Positions 18,194-29,102 of a stretch of 64,000 nt of DNA are shown here, piece by piece. A program made the translations under genes and the position numbers. The notes under the pieces are model-generated. The model was not told where the DNA came from. It searched no databases and saw only the letters and a list, made by a program, of their open reading frames with translations. Within the stretch, counting starts at the first letter, position 1; each line of letters starts with the position of its first letter. The DNA is from an uncultured Rhodopirellula sp. (lineage in GTDB: Bacteria > Planctomycetota > Planctomycetia > Pirellulales > Pirellulaceae), in NCBI GenBank assembly GCA_964007735.1, contig CAXGAI010000010.1, forward strand, positions 1 through 64,000, written 5' to 3'.

Positions 18194-19106
18194 GATCCCA
18201 TCCTCTATGCTGTTTGTATTTTCTTAGGAATTCCCGCGTCCCATCTTCGCCAAGAAATCGAGTCATTTTCCAGTAGGGACGTTTTCCACGGACAAAACGA
18301 CGTTGTGGATCTCGCGGTCGTCCCTCATTTTTACATACCAGACATTGAGTTCCTGTATGTGTCTGTGATGTTGCCCTTGCTCCGCATCGCCCGCAATGCG
18401 AGTCCACAAACCAATACACTCCATCCGTCTCAGCTTCCGGCACCAATTGTACGTGGAGCGGGATATCCTGCTCAATACTTAATCGTAACGCCCGACGAAA
18501 TGCATCCCAAGGGGGCGTAACCCGACAGGGTACTCGTTCCAGAATCTTATCCAGCACTTTCAGTTGCAGATTCCGTTGCTTTGCCGACGGGCTTCTGGAG
18601 ATCCATAACCCGTACCACGCCGGAGAAGTCTTATCAAATACCTCCCGAATACGTTCTCCTAATAGGCGATTTTGCTGTAACTCTTCTTCCAGGAGTTCCC
18701 GCAAATCAACCACACCTTGTGGAACGTCACGTACTAAGTCGGGGAAGACAACTTCACTAACCGGCATGAGCCCAAAGCATCCAACCCATGCCGAGCTATC
18801 CGTTTGTCTTAAAACATTGGCGGGACAAGATTCACATGTCCTGGAAACCGCTTTCGGGTCTCCATAAAACTCGAAAACATCATGAACACGGAAGCCGAGT
18901 ATCTCTTCTACATCAAGGACTTCCGTTTCCAGCGGCTGTACGACTAATCCATTTAAAACTCGATCCTGTTTCAAGGCATTCTGATAAACACGAATCGCTC
19001 GCAGATGTCGCTCTGTTCTGTTTGGATCAGTCCATTTTGGAAAATCCCGCAGCGGACACTCGTGAGCCAGTGCCCAGCGAATAAATTCAGGGGTCTTACC
19101 TTGCAT
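18177..19106 (-). CDS. Hypothetical Cys-rich, putative zinc-binding protein
   Basis: 309-aa ORF with CESC...GC, CGRC and CLVC pairs; overlaps the trpC start by 17 nt. Confidence 0.7.
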   Translation of the reverse strand: MQGKTPEFIRWALAHECPLRDFPKWTDPNRTERHLRAIRVYQNALKQDRVLNGLVVQPLETEVLDVEEILGFRVHDVFEFYGDPKAVSRTCESCPANVLRQTDSSAWVGCFGLMPVSEVVFPDLVRDVPQGVVDLRELLEEELQQNRLLGERIREVFDKTSPAWYGLWISRSPSAKQRNLQLKVLDKILERVPCRVTPPWDAFRRALRLSIEQDIPLHVQLVPEAETDGVYWFVDSHCGRCGARATSQTHTGTQCLVCKNEGRPRDPQRRFVRGKRPYWKMTRFLGEDGTREFLRKYKQHRGWDHVTVR

Positions 19107-19157
19107 CGACGGACTCCTCCACCAAAGCTTTGCCCGATCGCAAGTGCGCAGACATGG

Positions 19158-20726
19158 TTAATGTTTGAAGTGACGACGACCAGTAAAGATCATTGGAATC
19201 CCATGCTCATTACAAGCTTCAATCACAGACTCATCCCCCCGGGAGCCTCCCGGCTGAATAATCGCAGCAATCCCTGCCTCTGCTGCGGCATGAATGGAGT
19301 CCGGGAATGGAAAAAACGCATCCGAAGACAACACGGCACCTTGAGTACGTTCACCGGCCTTACGAATCGCAATCTCCACTGAATCCACTCGGCTCATCTG
19401 ACCAGCCCCAGCCCCTACCAGAGATTGTTCACGACAAACTCCAATGGCATTGGACTTAATGTGTCGAACCATCTGCCAGGCAAATTTTAGTTCTTTTACC
19501 AGAGCTTCATCAGGCTTTGCTTCCGTTACGACTTCCCAGGCGGGGTAATCATCCGCAATGATATCAGCATCCTGTACAAGCATTCCTCCATTGATATGTC
19601 GGAATGATAATTCACCCTCCTGATCTTCAAGGTTGCCAACCTGCATCAATCTTACGTTATTACGCCATTTTGGTTTGGTAGTGAGAATACCAATGGCTGA
19701 AGCTGAGAAATCCGGGGCAATAATTGCTTCGACAAACAACCCAGGTTCGGCTAGCAATTCTGCCGTCTGTTCATCCACGACTCGATTCATTCCCAAAATA
19801 CTACCAAAGGCACTTAATGGATCGCCAGCCATTGCTTTCCTGGTAGCTTCTACGAGAGATTCACTCGTAGCCGCTCCACACGGATTGTTATGTTTAATCA
19901 CGCTACAAGCAGGTTCCGTGAACGGTCGAACAATATGCAATGCCGCATCGAGATCCAGCAGGTTGTTATAAGAAAGATCTTTCCCATTGAGCTGACGGGC
20001 ATTTACAGCATTGGCACCAGAACGCCCAACAATAGAATAAATCGCGGCTTGTTGATGAGGGTTCTCTCCGTAACGCAACTCTTTCTTGAGCCGCATAGAG
20101 ATCGTCTTGTTTTCAGTAAACATACTATCTGTTTCGGCCCCTGCAAAATAATCCGCAATCGCCTGATCATATTCAGCTGTCATTGCGAATGCCGCAGCGG
20201 ATAATTTATTACGCGTATCTTGTGAAGTACAACCGGCTTCGGCAACTTCGACTAAAACAGAAGAGTATTGTTCAGGATTGGTGACGATCGATGTAAACTT
20301 GGCATTCTTAGCAGCCGCTCGGACCAAACTTGGGCCACCAATATCAATTTGTTCGATGGCCTGCGATTTCGTTACACCAGGCTTAGCAATCGTTGCCTGA
20401 AACGGGTATAGATTCACCACCACCAACTCAAAGCTATGGATGTCATGTTCTTCTAAAGATGCCATATCGTCTTCACGATCGTGACGGCAAAGAATCCCCG
20501 CAAAGATTCTTGGATGTAATGTCTTCACTCGACCATCCATCATCTCTGGAAAACCCGTGTACTCAGCAACATCTAAAACCTGAATGCCACTTTGCTCTAA
20601 ATGACGACGAGTCCCGCCTGTGCTATAGATCTGTATGCCGGCAGCCTCAAGACCCTGGGCAAAATCGACGAGACCCAGTTTATCGCTAACACTTATTAAC
20701 GCGCGTTTAATAGGAGGGGAGGACAT
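19158..20726 (-). CDS. purH: Bifunctional AICAR transformylase/IMP cyclohydrolase
   Basis: ALISVSDK, GRVKTLHP, IDIGGP, LRYGENPHQ, KHNNPCG, SDAFFPF, RHFKH. Confidence 0.98.
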   Translation of the reverse strand: MSSPPIKRALISVSDKLGLVDFAQGLEAAGIQIYSTGGTRRHLEQSGIQVLDVAEYTGFPEMMDGRVKTLHPRIFAGILCRHDREDDMASLEEHDIHSFELVVVNLYPFQATIAKPGVTKSQAIEQIDIGGPSLVRAAAKNAKFTSIVTNPEQYSSVLVEVAEAGCTSQDTRNKLSAAAFAMTAEYDQAIADYFAGAETDSMFTENKTISMRLKKELRYGENPHQQAAIYSIVGRSGANAVNARQLNGKDLSYNNLLDLDAALHIVRPFTEPACSVIKHNNPCGAATSESLVEATRKAMAGDPLSAFGSILGMNRVVDEQTAELLAEPGLFVEAIIAPDFSASAIGILTTKPKWRNNVRLMQVGNLEDQEGELSFRHINGGMLVQDADIIADDYPAWEVVTEAKPDEALVKELKFAWQMVRHIKSNAIGVCREQSLVGAGAGQMSRVDSVEIAIRKAGERTQGAVLSSDAFFPFPDSIHAAAEAGIAAIIQPGGSRGDESVIEACNEHGIPMIFTGRRHFKH

Positions 20727-20882
20727 TGATGACAGATTCCATGCATTTAATTTGAAACTTCAAACCGGTAACGAGTCGCTCAATCTAATATAGCAACTCA
20801 ATGCATGAGTGTGGTTTCTCATCGCTAAACGGTCAAGTAGCCATGAGACAGAACCTGCCTTCGCGTCTAAAAGAAAAGAATC

Positions 20883-22508
20883 TTAATTTTGGAACGGATT
20901 CTTCGGGGCTGCGTTTCCACCCCCATTATTACCGGGTGCAAATGGATTATTGGCTGGAGGACTATTCGCTCCACCGTTATTTCCCGGAGCAAAAGGATTG
21001 TTTGCCGGGGGAGCATTTCCACCATTGTTACCCGGAGCAAACGGATTGTTAGCGGGAGGCTTATTACCACCGAAAGGATTATTGGCAGGCACGGTGGGAG
21101 GCATTGGGTTGCCGGCCGGAGGCATCGGTTCATTGTTTGGCTGAGCAGCATTTGCGTCGTCCTGTTTATCTTCGGCCACTGCAAGCGCTGTTTCATCTAC
21201 ATGCAATAATGGATACTTCTGGTGGATTTCACGAACGCACTGAATCAATCCCTTGCGAGTGCCCATATAGATACGGTCCGTAAATGGATTACTAACAACG
21301 AAATCAACTTTTCCAGCAGCCACTGTTTTAAAACTTCCGCCGGTTTCCAAATTAACAATCATTAAGTTACCAAGTCGGTCCAAAGCGTAGAGACGATTAC
21401 TGCTAGCGGCCACGATTCGCTGTAGATTTGCTTGAGTCCAGACAATCTCACCATTTCTCATATCCAGACAATAACAAATCTTATCACGGGACACGATATA
21501 AGCCCGATTCTTAACCAGCACAGGTTCATTTGTCAAAACTTCACCTAGACTCTGACGCCAAACCATATCTCCGGTCATTTCATCGATACAGTAAACAAAA
21601 CCATCGAGGCAATTGGCCACATATCGGCCAGGTGCCTGATATGCAATCGGGGCGATCACTTTTCCTAAGGTATTCACTCGGTACCACATCGACGCCTTCG
21701 CCGTGCCGGCAACATAAACGTTTCCTCGATCTGTCGACCAAGCAAGACTGCGTTGTCCCAACACAGGCTGAGATAACACTCGACCCGTCGACGGAAGCAA
21801 TTCCGGTTTCCAATTAAAAACCTCCAAATTGTATACTTCGACTCGATTTTCAACTGAAGGGACAAAAATTCGTTTCCCTAAAGAAACCGGTCCAGCGCCG
21901 GGTAATGCCTGTAGTTTTCGTGATTCTATAATGGCTCCATCGGTGTTTCTTAAGACGAAGATGGAGATACCTGAAATAACAATGGTATGTTCATCATTGG
22001 TGCAAACACCCGAAGTTGGATGTCTTGGATCACCGACTAGAGCAGTCCAATAGATCTGGCCTGTCTCAGCATTCAATAACTGCACATCCCCTCGATCGGA
22101 GACAACGGCCATATAGATTTTAGGAACCGTGTGTTCACTAATCTCGCTTTCGCCACCGTTTTGACGAATAAGAGCTGACTGTTGGGTAGCACGCTTTCGA
22201 GCTTCGTCACGACCTAATGGCCGGCCAAAATTATCCAGATCTTTATCGTGAATAAAGTAGGATTTTTCACCGTCTGTTACCTCAAAACTCCAATCAGCTT
22301 CTGTTGAACTAACATGGATATATACATCTGAGATCTTACTAGCAAAAGGGTTTTTCGCTGCCTGCATATACCAGGAACGTTCCAACCCAAGATTCCGGGC
22401 TGTATTTTCCGTGATCAAACCTGTTGATGAAAGCTGGCCCAAACAGACAGAACTGATCATGAAAAATAGAAACAACGCTAATAGGGGATGAGCGTAAATC
22501 TTACGCAT
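20883..22508 (-). CDS. Exported PQQ-like/BamB-like beta-propeller protein with a repetitive C-terminal tail
   Basis: Signal peptide from M at 22508; repeated 'D/N..TG..VW' propeller blades; Pro/Asn/Gly repeat tail. Confidence 0.85.
   Translation of the reverse strand: MRKIYAHPLLALFLFFMISSVCLGQLSSTGLITENTARNLGLERSWYMQAAKNPFASKISDVYIHVSSTEADWSFEVTDGEKSYFIHDKDLDNFGRPLGRDEARKRATQQSALIRQNGGESEISEHTVPKIYMAVVSDRGDVQLLNAETGQIYWTALVGDPRHPTSGVCTNDEHTIVISGISIFVLRNTDGAIIESRKLQALPGAGPVSLGKRIFVPSVENRVEVYNLEVFNWKPELLPSTGRVLSQPVLGQRSLAWSTDRGNVYVAGTAKASMWYRVNTLGKVIAPIAYQAPGRYVANCLDGFVYCIDEMTGDMVWRQSLGEVLTNEPVLVKNRAYIVSRDKICYCLDMRNGEIVWTQANLQRIVAASSNRLYALDRLGNLMIVNLETGGSFKTVAAGKVDFVVSNPFTDRIYMGTRKGLIQCVREIHQKYPLLHVDETALAVAEDKQDDANAAQPNNEPMPPAGNPMPPTVPANNPFGGNKPPANNPFAPGNNGGNAPPANNPFAPGNNGGANSPPANNPFAPGNNGGGNAAPKNPFQN
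20889..21090 (-). repeat. Coding tandem repeats of about 48-54 nt encoding PPANNPFAPGNNGG
   Basis: Three near-identical peptide units plus two partial ones; the DNA copies differ mostly at synonymous positions. Confidence 0.9.
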
Positions 22509-22958
22509 GGTAACTACACCTATAAAAATAAAAAAGTAACCCGCTAGAAATCTAGTATTCCCCAGCCTATCCACCTAAGCTCACCTTAGTAAGCACCGGA
22601 CGTTTTTCCTTTGTAATCATACAACGCAAAAACCTAAAGAATAGAGATTTTCTTCCTCATCTTATATCGTCGGAACTTTATCTAGCTTCTATAACTAAAA
22701 CACCAATTCTTACTCGGTACTTAATTTAAAGCTAAATCAACCGATACAGCACAAATCCTACTAAATCGTCGAACAGTTACTACAATCGGTTTAAACATAC
22801 CCAAAGCCTAGTGACCGTGATCCTATTTTTCCGGTAGAACAATGGTTTACCCCCATAGACCGGCACTCTCGAGACTCCTAAATTGAAGGAAGACGGTTAG
22901 GACCTTTTTAAGGACTAACTGTTCTTCCGGAATAATTATCACCCTGGAGAACTTCCCG

Positions 22959-25900
22959 GTGTCACAAGTATCAAATCTGAATGCAGAAGAATTTGATGCT
23001 TTAGAGCAACTGCTGGGATATCTCAACTTCTCCTCCGGCACACCGGACCCGCAATTTCTCAAAAACCTCAATGTGGTTTGGAAAAATCTGGCCGAACAAT
23101 ATCCTGATGATACCTGGACACATCTGTATGATCTTCTGACCGATGCGATCACTCACTTCAACGAAGAAAAGGAAGCATTTGCTCAAATCGAACAGGCGCG
23201 GATCGTTCTGGAAATCACCTTTGATCAATTGTTACGTTCCTACTTCCTGTTCCACCAGGACCTATTATTTCATTCCAGTGAAGTTCAGCTCTTCAATGCC
23301 TTCTTTATTGGACGAGCCTTTGAAGTCGTCCTCCAAAACGGACCGGATTTCCAATCTTTGGATACCGAAACCCTGATGAATCAATTTAACGACTTCATCG
23401 GTTTTCGACCGGTCGCCACATTGGAAACACAAAAACACGAACCCTATGTTAATGAGTGGTTGCGGCCCGTGCCGTTGTACATTCAGGGTGCCGGAGTTTG
23501 CGAAGGTCCCTACAAGGAAGTCATCGCACTCACAATCCATCTGCTGGAACAAACGGAGGAGTCTATTCTGAGACAAGCTGACTTCCACCCTGCCAAACTG
23601 TTAGAACTGGCAATCGATCCCCGAGCATACGATTTCGATCACCCAGTTAACAAACGGCCTAACCATCATTTCGGCATGTGGGATCCGCATCATATCGACA
23701 ATGAAGGATACTATGATCGCTACATCATTCAAACGGTAACTCTGGACTCGTTGATGACCCGTTTCCAGAATGGCGGAGACCTTTCTTCGGAAGAGTTGCT
23801 CTTTGAAGCTTCGGCTGTATTGGCTGGCACCATTCTGATGGCATCAGGGATAAGCGGATGGGGACCAGCCTGCCATGATTCTTCGACAAATCTTTCCACG
23901 CTGATGCCGCGTATTGCCAAGTATCGCGACGATTTTTATCGACAGTTATTAGGTCAGATTGACCGTGAGCATCGCGACCGTCTGGCAGAAGAAGCGTTGA
24001 TTAGACATCAACCTTTTGGAGCAGCCCGACAACACCTCAATGCTCAACTCACTGAAACACGAGCCAGTCAGCTCGAACACATCCACCTGGGACAGGTATT
24101 CGCATTCATGGGCCATCATGATGCCGCACGCGACAAAGTCGGGAAAGTCCCCGTCCCGTCGGCAAGGTTTCGCTGCCGTATCGCATGCCAACTGGACCAA
24201 TCTCTTCAAGCCCTCGACAACAACGATCTGGAACAAGCGGTTGATATTGCTTCCTCCATCTTCTACTTAATCCAACGATCTATTCAGTGTGGAGCATTCG
24301 TGGATCCCTGGAATATTTTAGGCTTTGACTGCCAATTCAGTTTATTCCCGGCTATGGAAAACAGCGTGCATGACCATCGAATAGATGAGTTAATTATTAT
24401 TATTGAGCAGTTTTTCGCCCTCCTGTCGAAATCATGGAGTGAAGCAGCGGCCAGCGACAATCAAGAGCTTTGTAATCGTATCGACGCGAATTTCCACGAA
24501 GCTGCTCAATGGTGGCACAAATATGCCGCTCATGAAGTCAATAGCGTACACGCTGCAGACCCATTCGAACTATACCACGCAGCTAAACGAGTCGCGGAAG
24601 CCCTAAACCTCTGGTACAAGGATAACACCAGTGCCGGAAGCGTCAGGTTCTGGGCACCATATGTTGAGCTCTTTGATTCCCCGAATGCCTATTCATTGGT
24701 GGTTCACTCCTTGCTGGAACAAGGCGACCAAATCGCTTCAAGAGCGTTATTAATTAATTGGTTAAGTGAAGCAGAAAATGTTCCGCTCGAACAAAATGAT
24801 TCCTCCTACTATATTCTGTCGCGCCGCTGGTTACTGGATGTCCTCAGTCACTCATCAGCCCAACTGCTGACCACAAAAGAAAATGATACACAGGATTCTC
24901 CACACGAAACCTGGGAAAAGATTCGAAAGTATTTTGATTACTTGGAAGCCAACTCTGAGTCTTATTGGGATGTACCTACTTTCGAACTGGGTACACCGAC
25001 AAATCTGCCTCATGCGGATGATGATTTCGAAATTCCGGAAGAGGACAATGAGTACGATATCTTCAGTGCTGCCTATGAAGATGTTTCGTATGTCGATACA
25101 ACCGACGATGGTGTCGAAGGAAATATCTTTGATACTTCCAATACCAATCAGGATGAACTACTGCACGCCGGAGAACACATCGATCGCCAGCTTGCATTTC
25201 ATGACAGCCTGGCACAACAGTGGAAGATCGCTGGCATGGGACATGCCATTGTCATAAGACAAAGTCAAGGGGAAGTCGACCAAGAATTCATTCAGTCCAG
25301 CCTCGATACAATTTCAAGCTGGTCTCAACGGCTTAGGAAGAATCGTGACGAACTTGAAAGGTTACTCGAATCCATTAGTAGCTATGTCATTGCAGCCCCT
25401 GTCGGAGACTTCGAATCGATGACAGAGTATGATCGGCAACGAATTACCCTTGAATCGCTCATGGAACGAGTTATCTCTACTATCATTGAAGTCACAGACA
25501 CCCGACGGATTCTGGATTCGGTGGTTCTGTTCCTTGAAAACACACTAGGCCAAGGTCGTGAAGAACCAGCCATTGTTGAGTTCCAGCAACTGACACTCAC
25601 GATATTTGCCGCACTGATACAGGGTGATCAGAACACGGTCAGAAAACACTGGCAAGAACTACTCGATGGGATGGCACAATTACCATTATTGTATATCCCT
25701 CTATCAAAAGGGGGTGATCCACAGGAAATCGTGCTCCGTCGAGTGCGGCAAAGAACCATTTCAGATTTACTATTATGGCTTCCTCGCATGGGTTTTGTCG
25801 TCGAAACATGCCAGTTACTGGAAACGGCGCGTACAATGGAGCGACAGCATCCGGCCGGGCTTGGAGCCGTAACAGAATTTGATGAATTGTTTCACATTGG

Positions 25901-26990
25901 CTATGAAGCCATCGTGGAATGCCTAATCCATTCAGCTCCCGAATGGGCTGCTATGCAGATACCTGCCGCAACCGCCGAAGGGGAAGAGCAAGCCCAGGGA
26001 TCGGTTACACTTCGCGCAGAAGAACAATTAGTTCAGGCATTAGAGCAGGTCACCGAAGCCCTTCTAGGTAGTTGGTTAAAACATAGCCAAACCTTAAGGC
26101 TTTCAATTCTCGAGAGAGTCGCACACCGCAGTACCTGGGAGAATGTAGTTCAATTTATCGAAAAATATGGAGGGGAGATCTTCACTCAGCAGTTTCTAGC
26201 CATGGGGAATATTCGAGGGATCCTATTACAGGGTGTTGATGCGTGGCTTCAGGCAATCCGCGATGAGCCTCATCTCGAACTGCGATTACTCGATGCGATT
26301 GAACGTGATATTCCACTCCAAGAAGCAACGAATATTCTTTCGTTAATTCTTGAGTCTATCGTCGAGAATTATTCTGAATACCGTGACTACAATAGTACCA
26401 CAACGCAAAGTGACCGTGGCGAGTTACTTTACACGCTCCTTGACTTCCTCCGTCTGCGAGTCCGTTACGACCGGATCTGCTGGAATCTGCGTCCTGTCGT
26501 TCTTGCCCACAAACTTCTTATTTCTCACAGCAACGACGAAGCAGCACACATCTGGCGTCAAAGTTTGACGGAACGGATTCAAGAGGAAGCCGACATGTTT
26601 GTCAGTCGCCTCAAAAAACTTCAAACTCAGTATTCTATACGTATGCGTACTGTCGCGGATCGGGTCGACGAACGATTCGTCCGGTCAATGGAAGTGGACC
26701 ATCTTCGTTCACTCGTCAAACCAAGTCTGGAAGAGAGCAAAGATATTAAGGCGGGGCGTCCAAGTTTTAATGAATTGCTGAGGATGACTGAAGAACTACT
26801 CGAAAATCCATCCGGAGCAGGGCTCGAAGTTCCTTCCTGGTTGATCGCTCTGGAGGAAGAGATCGAGGTGCTGCGATATCCAAACTATATCAAACATGAC
26901 GAGAAACGAATGCGTGAAGTAATTCCTCAGACAAAACTGTCCTATGACGAATTGCAGCAGCAACTGACATGGTGGCTTGAGCAACAATAA
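22959..26990 (+). CDS. Large hypothetical protein (1343 aa, apparently alpha-helical and cytoplasmic)
   Basis: Long uninterrupted ORF, GGAGA upstream of the GTG start, no signal peptide or transmembrane segment, no recognisable catalytic motif. Confidence 0.85.
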   Translation: MSQVSNLNAEEFDALEQLLGYLNFSSGTPDPQFLKNLNVVWKNLAEQYPDDTWTHLYDLLTDAITHFNEEKEAFAQIEQARIVLEITFDQLLRSYFLFHQDLLFHSSEVQLFNAFFIGRAFEVVLQNGPDFQSLDTETLMNQFNDFIGFRPVATLETQKHEPYVNEWLRPVPLYIQGAGVCEGPYKEVIALTIHLLEQTEESILRQADFHPAKLLELAIDPRAYDFDHPVNKRPNHHFGMWDPHHIDNEGYYDRYIIQTVTLDSLMTRFQNGGDLSSEELLFEASAVLAGTILMASGISGWGPACHDSSTNLSTLMPRIAKYRDDFYRQLLGQIDREHRDRLAEEALIRHQPFGAARQHLNAQLTETRASQLEHIHLGQVFAFMGHHDAARDKVGKVPVPSARFRCRIACQLDQSLQALDNNDLEQAVDIASSIFYLIQRSIQCGAFVDPWNILGFDCQFSLFPAMENSVHDHRIDELIIIIEQFFALLSKSWSEAAASDNQELCNRIDANFHEAAQWWHKYAAHEVNSVHAADPFELYHAAKRVAEALNLWYKDNTSAGSVRFWAPYVELFDSPNAYSLVVHSLLEQGDQIASRALLINWLSEAENVPLEQNDSSYYILSRRWLLDVLSHSSAQLLTTKENDTQDSPHETWEKIRKYFDYLEANSESYWDVPTFELGTPTNLPHADDDFEIPEEDNEYDIFSAAYEDVSYVDTTDDGVEGNIFDTSNTNQDELLHAGEHIDRQLAFHDSLAQQWKIAGMGHAIVIRQSQGEVDQEFIQSSLDTISSWSQRLRKNRDELERLLESISSYVIAAPVGDFESMTEYDRQRITLESLMERVISTIIEVTDTRRILDSVVLFLENTLGQGREEPAIVEFQQLTLTIFAALIQGDQNTVRKHWQELLDGMAQLPLLYIPLSKGGDPQEIVLRRVRQRTISDLLLWLPRMGFVVETCQLLETARTMERQHPAGLGAVTEFDELFHIGYEAIVECLIHSAPEWAAMQIPAATAEGEEQAQGSVTLRAEEQLVQALEQVTEALLGSWLKHSQTLRLSILERVAHRSTWENVVQFIEKYGGEIFTQQFLAMGNIRGILLQGVDAWLQAIRDEPHLELRLLDAIERDIPLQEATNILSLILESIVENYSEYRDYNSTTTQSDRGELLYTLLDFLRLRVRYDRICWNLRPVVLAHKLLISHSNDEAAHIWRQSLTERIQEEADMFVSRLKKLQTQYSIRMRTVADRVDERFVRSMEVDHLRSLVKPSLEESKDIKAGRPSFNELLRMTEELLENPSGAGLEVPSWLIALEEEIEVLRYPNYIKHDEKRMREVIPQTKLSYDELQQQLTWWLEQQ

Positions 26991-27019
26991 AGAACCAGCG
27001 GCTTGCAATTAGTGCCTTG

Positions 27020-28171
27020 TTATAAGAGATGCGGCCAAAGACTGTCACTTACTAATAACCCCTCTTGCGTCAAGCAAAGTTGATCATCGGTTCGCAGGAA
27101 GAATCCTTGCTCAATAAACTTTTCAAGCTGTTCACCGGCTAGTTCCCATGGCGTCATACCTGTCTTTTGCTGAAACCACGCATCTGTAATTCCATCTAAT
27201 CGTCGCAAAGCAAACACTAGTATCTCTCGATAAAGCTCTTCCCCGATTACGTATTCTGATTCTGCCACAACCGACTTTCCCTCTAAAGCCTTGCTTATAT
27301 AAGTTGTAGTACTGCGGTGATTCACTTGACGAAAACCGTCTACGTACCGAGCGGCTCCCGGGCCTGCTGCAAAGTATGGCTCACCAAACCAATAAACCTC
27401 ATTGTGGCGACACTCGAAACCGGGTTTCGCATAATTTGAAACTTCGTAGTGATGATAACCATGCTCGATAAGCATATGCCGGGCAGTTAAGTAGAATTCC
27501 CGTTGCAAATCATCACTCAACTCCTCTAATTCACCGTTTTCAAATCGACTCCAAAATGATGTGCCTTTCTCAATCGTTAAGCCATAGGTGGAAAGATGTG
27601 TTGGCTCGTATTCCAAAAGCAACTTCAGATCCCGCTCCCATTGTTGTAACGATTCGTCAGGCACCCCATAAATCAAATCCATGGATATCGAATCGATAGG
27701 AGATAACAGCTCAAAGCAATGCTCTAATTGAACAGCGCTGTGGTTACGTTCTAACACAGCAAGCTTGGATTCATCAAAAGATTGGCCCCCAAGACTCACT
27801 CGATTGATACCAACTTCCTGAAACAATTCAACGTATTCCGAAGTCATGTCCTCCGGATTAGCTTCTGTAGTAAATTCGCCGTCAACAGCCAGAGGAAACC
27901 AAAACTTTACTAGTTCCATCAATTCCTGAAACTCTGATAATCGCAACTCCGTGGGGGTGCCGCCACCCAGGTACAAGGTATCTACTTCAGCAGGCTCACC
28001 TAGCAATGCCAATTCTGCTTTTAGGGCATTTAGATAAGAACGGTGGAGATCGGGGCGACCTGCGATCACGGTGAAATTGCAGTACCCGCAACGATGACGA
28101 CAAAACGGGACATGAATATAGGCCGAGCGTGGAGCGTTTATTGGTGACACAACCGGGAACTCTATAACCAC
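27020..28171 (-). CDS. hemW: Radical SAM heme chaperone (HemN-like)
   Basis: [27 protein letters not shown] and HNEVYW (HNxxYW is the HemW signature). Exact start uncertain. Confidence 0.92.
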   Translation of the reverse strand: MVIEFPVVSPINAPRSAYIHVPFCRHRCGYCNFTVIAGRPDLHRSYLNALKAELALLGEPAEVDTLYLGGGTPTELRLSEFQELMELVKFWFPLAVDGEFTTEANPEDMTSEYVELFQEVGINRVSLGGQSFDESKLAVLERNHSAVQLEHCFELLSPIDSISMDLIYGVPDESLQQWERDLKLLLEYEPTHLSTYGLTIEKGTSFWSRFENGELEELSDDLQREFYLTARHMLIEHGYHHYEVSNYAKPGFECRHNEVYWFGEPYFAAGPGAARYVDGFRQVNHRSTTTYISKALEGKSVVAESEYVIGEELYREILVFALRRLDGITDAWFQQKTGMTPWELAGEQLEKFIEQGFFLRTDDQLCLTQEGLLVSDSLWPHLL

Positions 28172-28998
28172 AGATGGAGACGCTCTGCCAAAGAGGCTGG
28201 TAATGCGTCCTGAACCAGTTTCTTCACTTGATGGTAGTTATAACGAGTACTGAAATGCGAAGCGATAATCAATTCATTCTGAAATCGATCAGCACGATCT
28301 ATAAAATCTTCCAAATGCATATGCCCATTTTTACGAATCTTATCCTGACTATGATCCTCGGCCACAAAAGTCATTTCGGTAATCAGGATTTTTGCCTGAT
28401 AAAGTGCGGGCGTTAAGTCGAGACCTTCCACACGGGTATCACCGGTATAACCCAATAAAGGAATACGCACCTCGTGGGAAACTTCACGCCCACTCTGTCG
28501 TATATCACGTATCTCTTCACCTGACAATTCCACGTATTCAGGCTTGAGCTTATTGCGTCGGTGCCAAACCAGATAGCTCAGCGAAGGAACGGTATGACGT
28601 GTTTCACCAACGGTAACCAGATATTCACGATTCAATTCAATCTCATCACCCGGTTCAACACCAATGAGATTACATGGCAAACGTCCACGATCCAACTTTG
28701 TATAAGCCTTCAAGATTGCATGCACCGTCTCTACCGCATGAGTTGGCAGGTAGATAGTTGGAGGATCCATCTTCATCATACGGCGACGAGCTACATACAC
28801 TGGTAAAGCTACAAGATGATCCAAATGACAGTGGGTTACACACCAATTCGGAGTGCCCATGAATTCCCATGGATGCGCTCCCAGATCGAAACCCAGTTTT
28901 AGCTCGGGTACACGCCAGTACGACTGGACAGCTGCGCGCGAGAATCCTTCGATCGTAAGATCTCCATGAGTTAACGATTTGACTGGCAAGTTTTTCAC
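28162..28998 (-). CDS. Metallo-beta-lactamase-fold ribonuclease, TM-type (short-arm) tRNase Z-like
   Basis: [27 protein letters not shown] (KL arm motif), YTGDT, HFSTRY. Confidence 0.8.
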   Translation of the reverse strand: MKNLPVKSLTHGDLTIEGFSRAAVQSYWRVPELKLGFDLGAHPWEFMGTPNWCVTHCHLDHLVALPVYVARRRMMKMDPPTIYLPTHAVETVHAILKAYTKLDRGRLPCNLIGVEPGDEIELNREYLVTVGETRHTVPSLSYLVWHRRNKLKPEYVELSGEEIRDIRQSGREVSHEVRIPLLGYTGDTRVEGLDLTPALYQAKILITEMTFVAEDHSQDKIRKNGHMHLEDFIDRADRFQNELIIASHFSTRYNYHQVKKLVQDALPASLAERLHLWL

Positions 28999-29102
28999 AC
29001 GCAGTACTGCTCAAGGGAGGAGTGATAGATTGGTGCATTGAATTATGAATAGGAAAAGAGATTCTATCCAGAGTAAATCGAGAGACGCCTCAATGAGTCT
29101 CT

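Noticed and set aside
20727..20882. ZMP/ZTP (pfl) riboswitch upstream of purH
   Set aside because: Expected from context, but I cannot find the conserved GACUGGCG...GCC...CGCCUGGGC elements on the minus strand.
20889..21090. CRISPR array or non-coding repeat
   Set aside because: The units are in-frame coding repeats that vary at synonymous sites, with no unique spacers and no cas genes.
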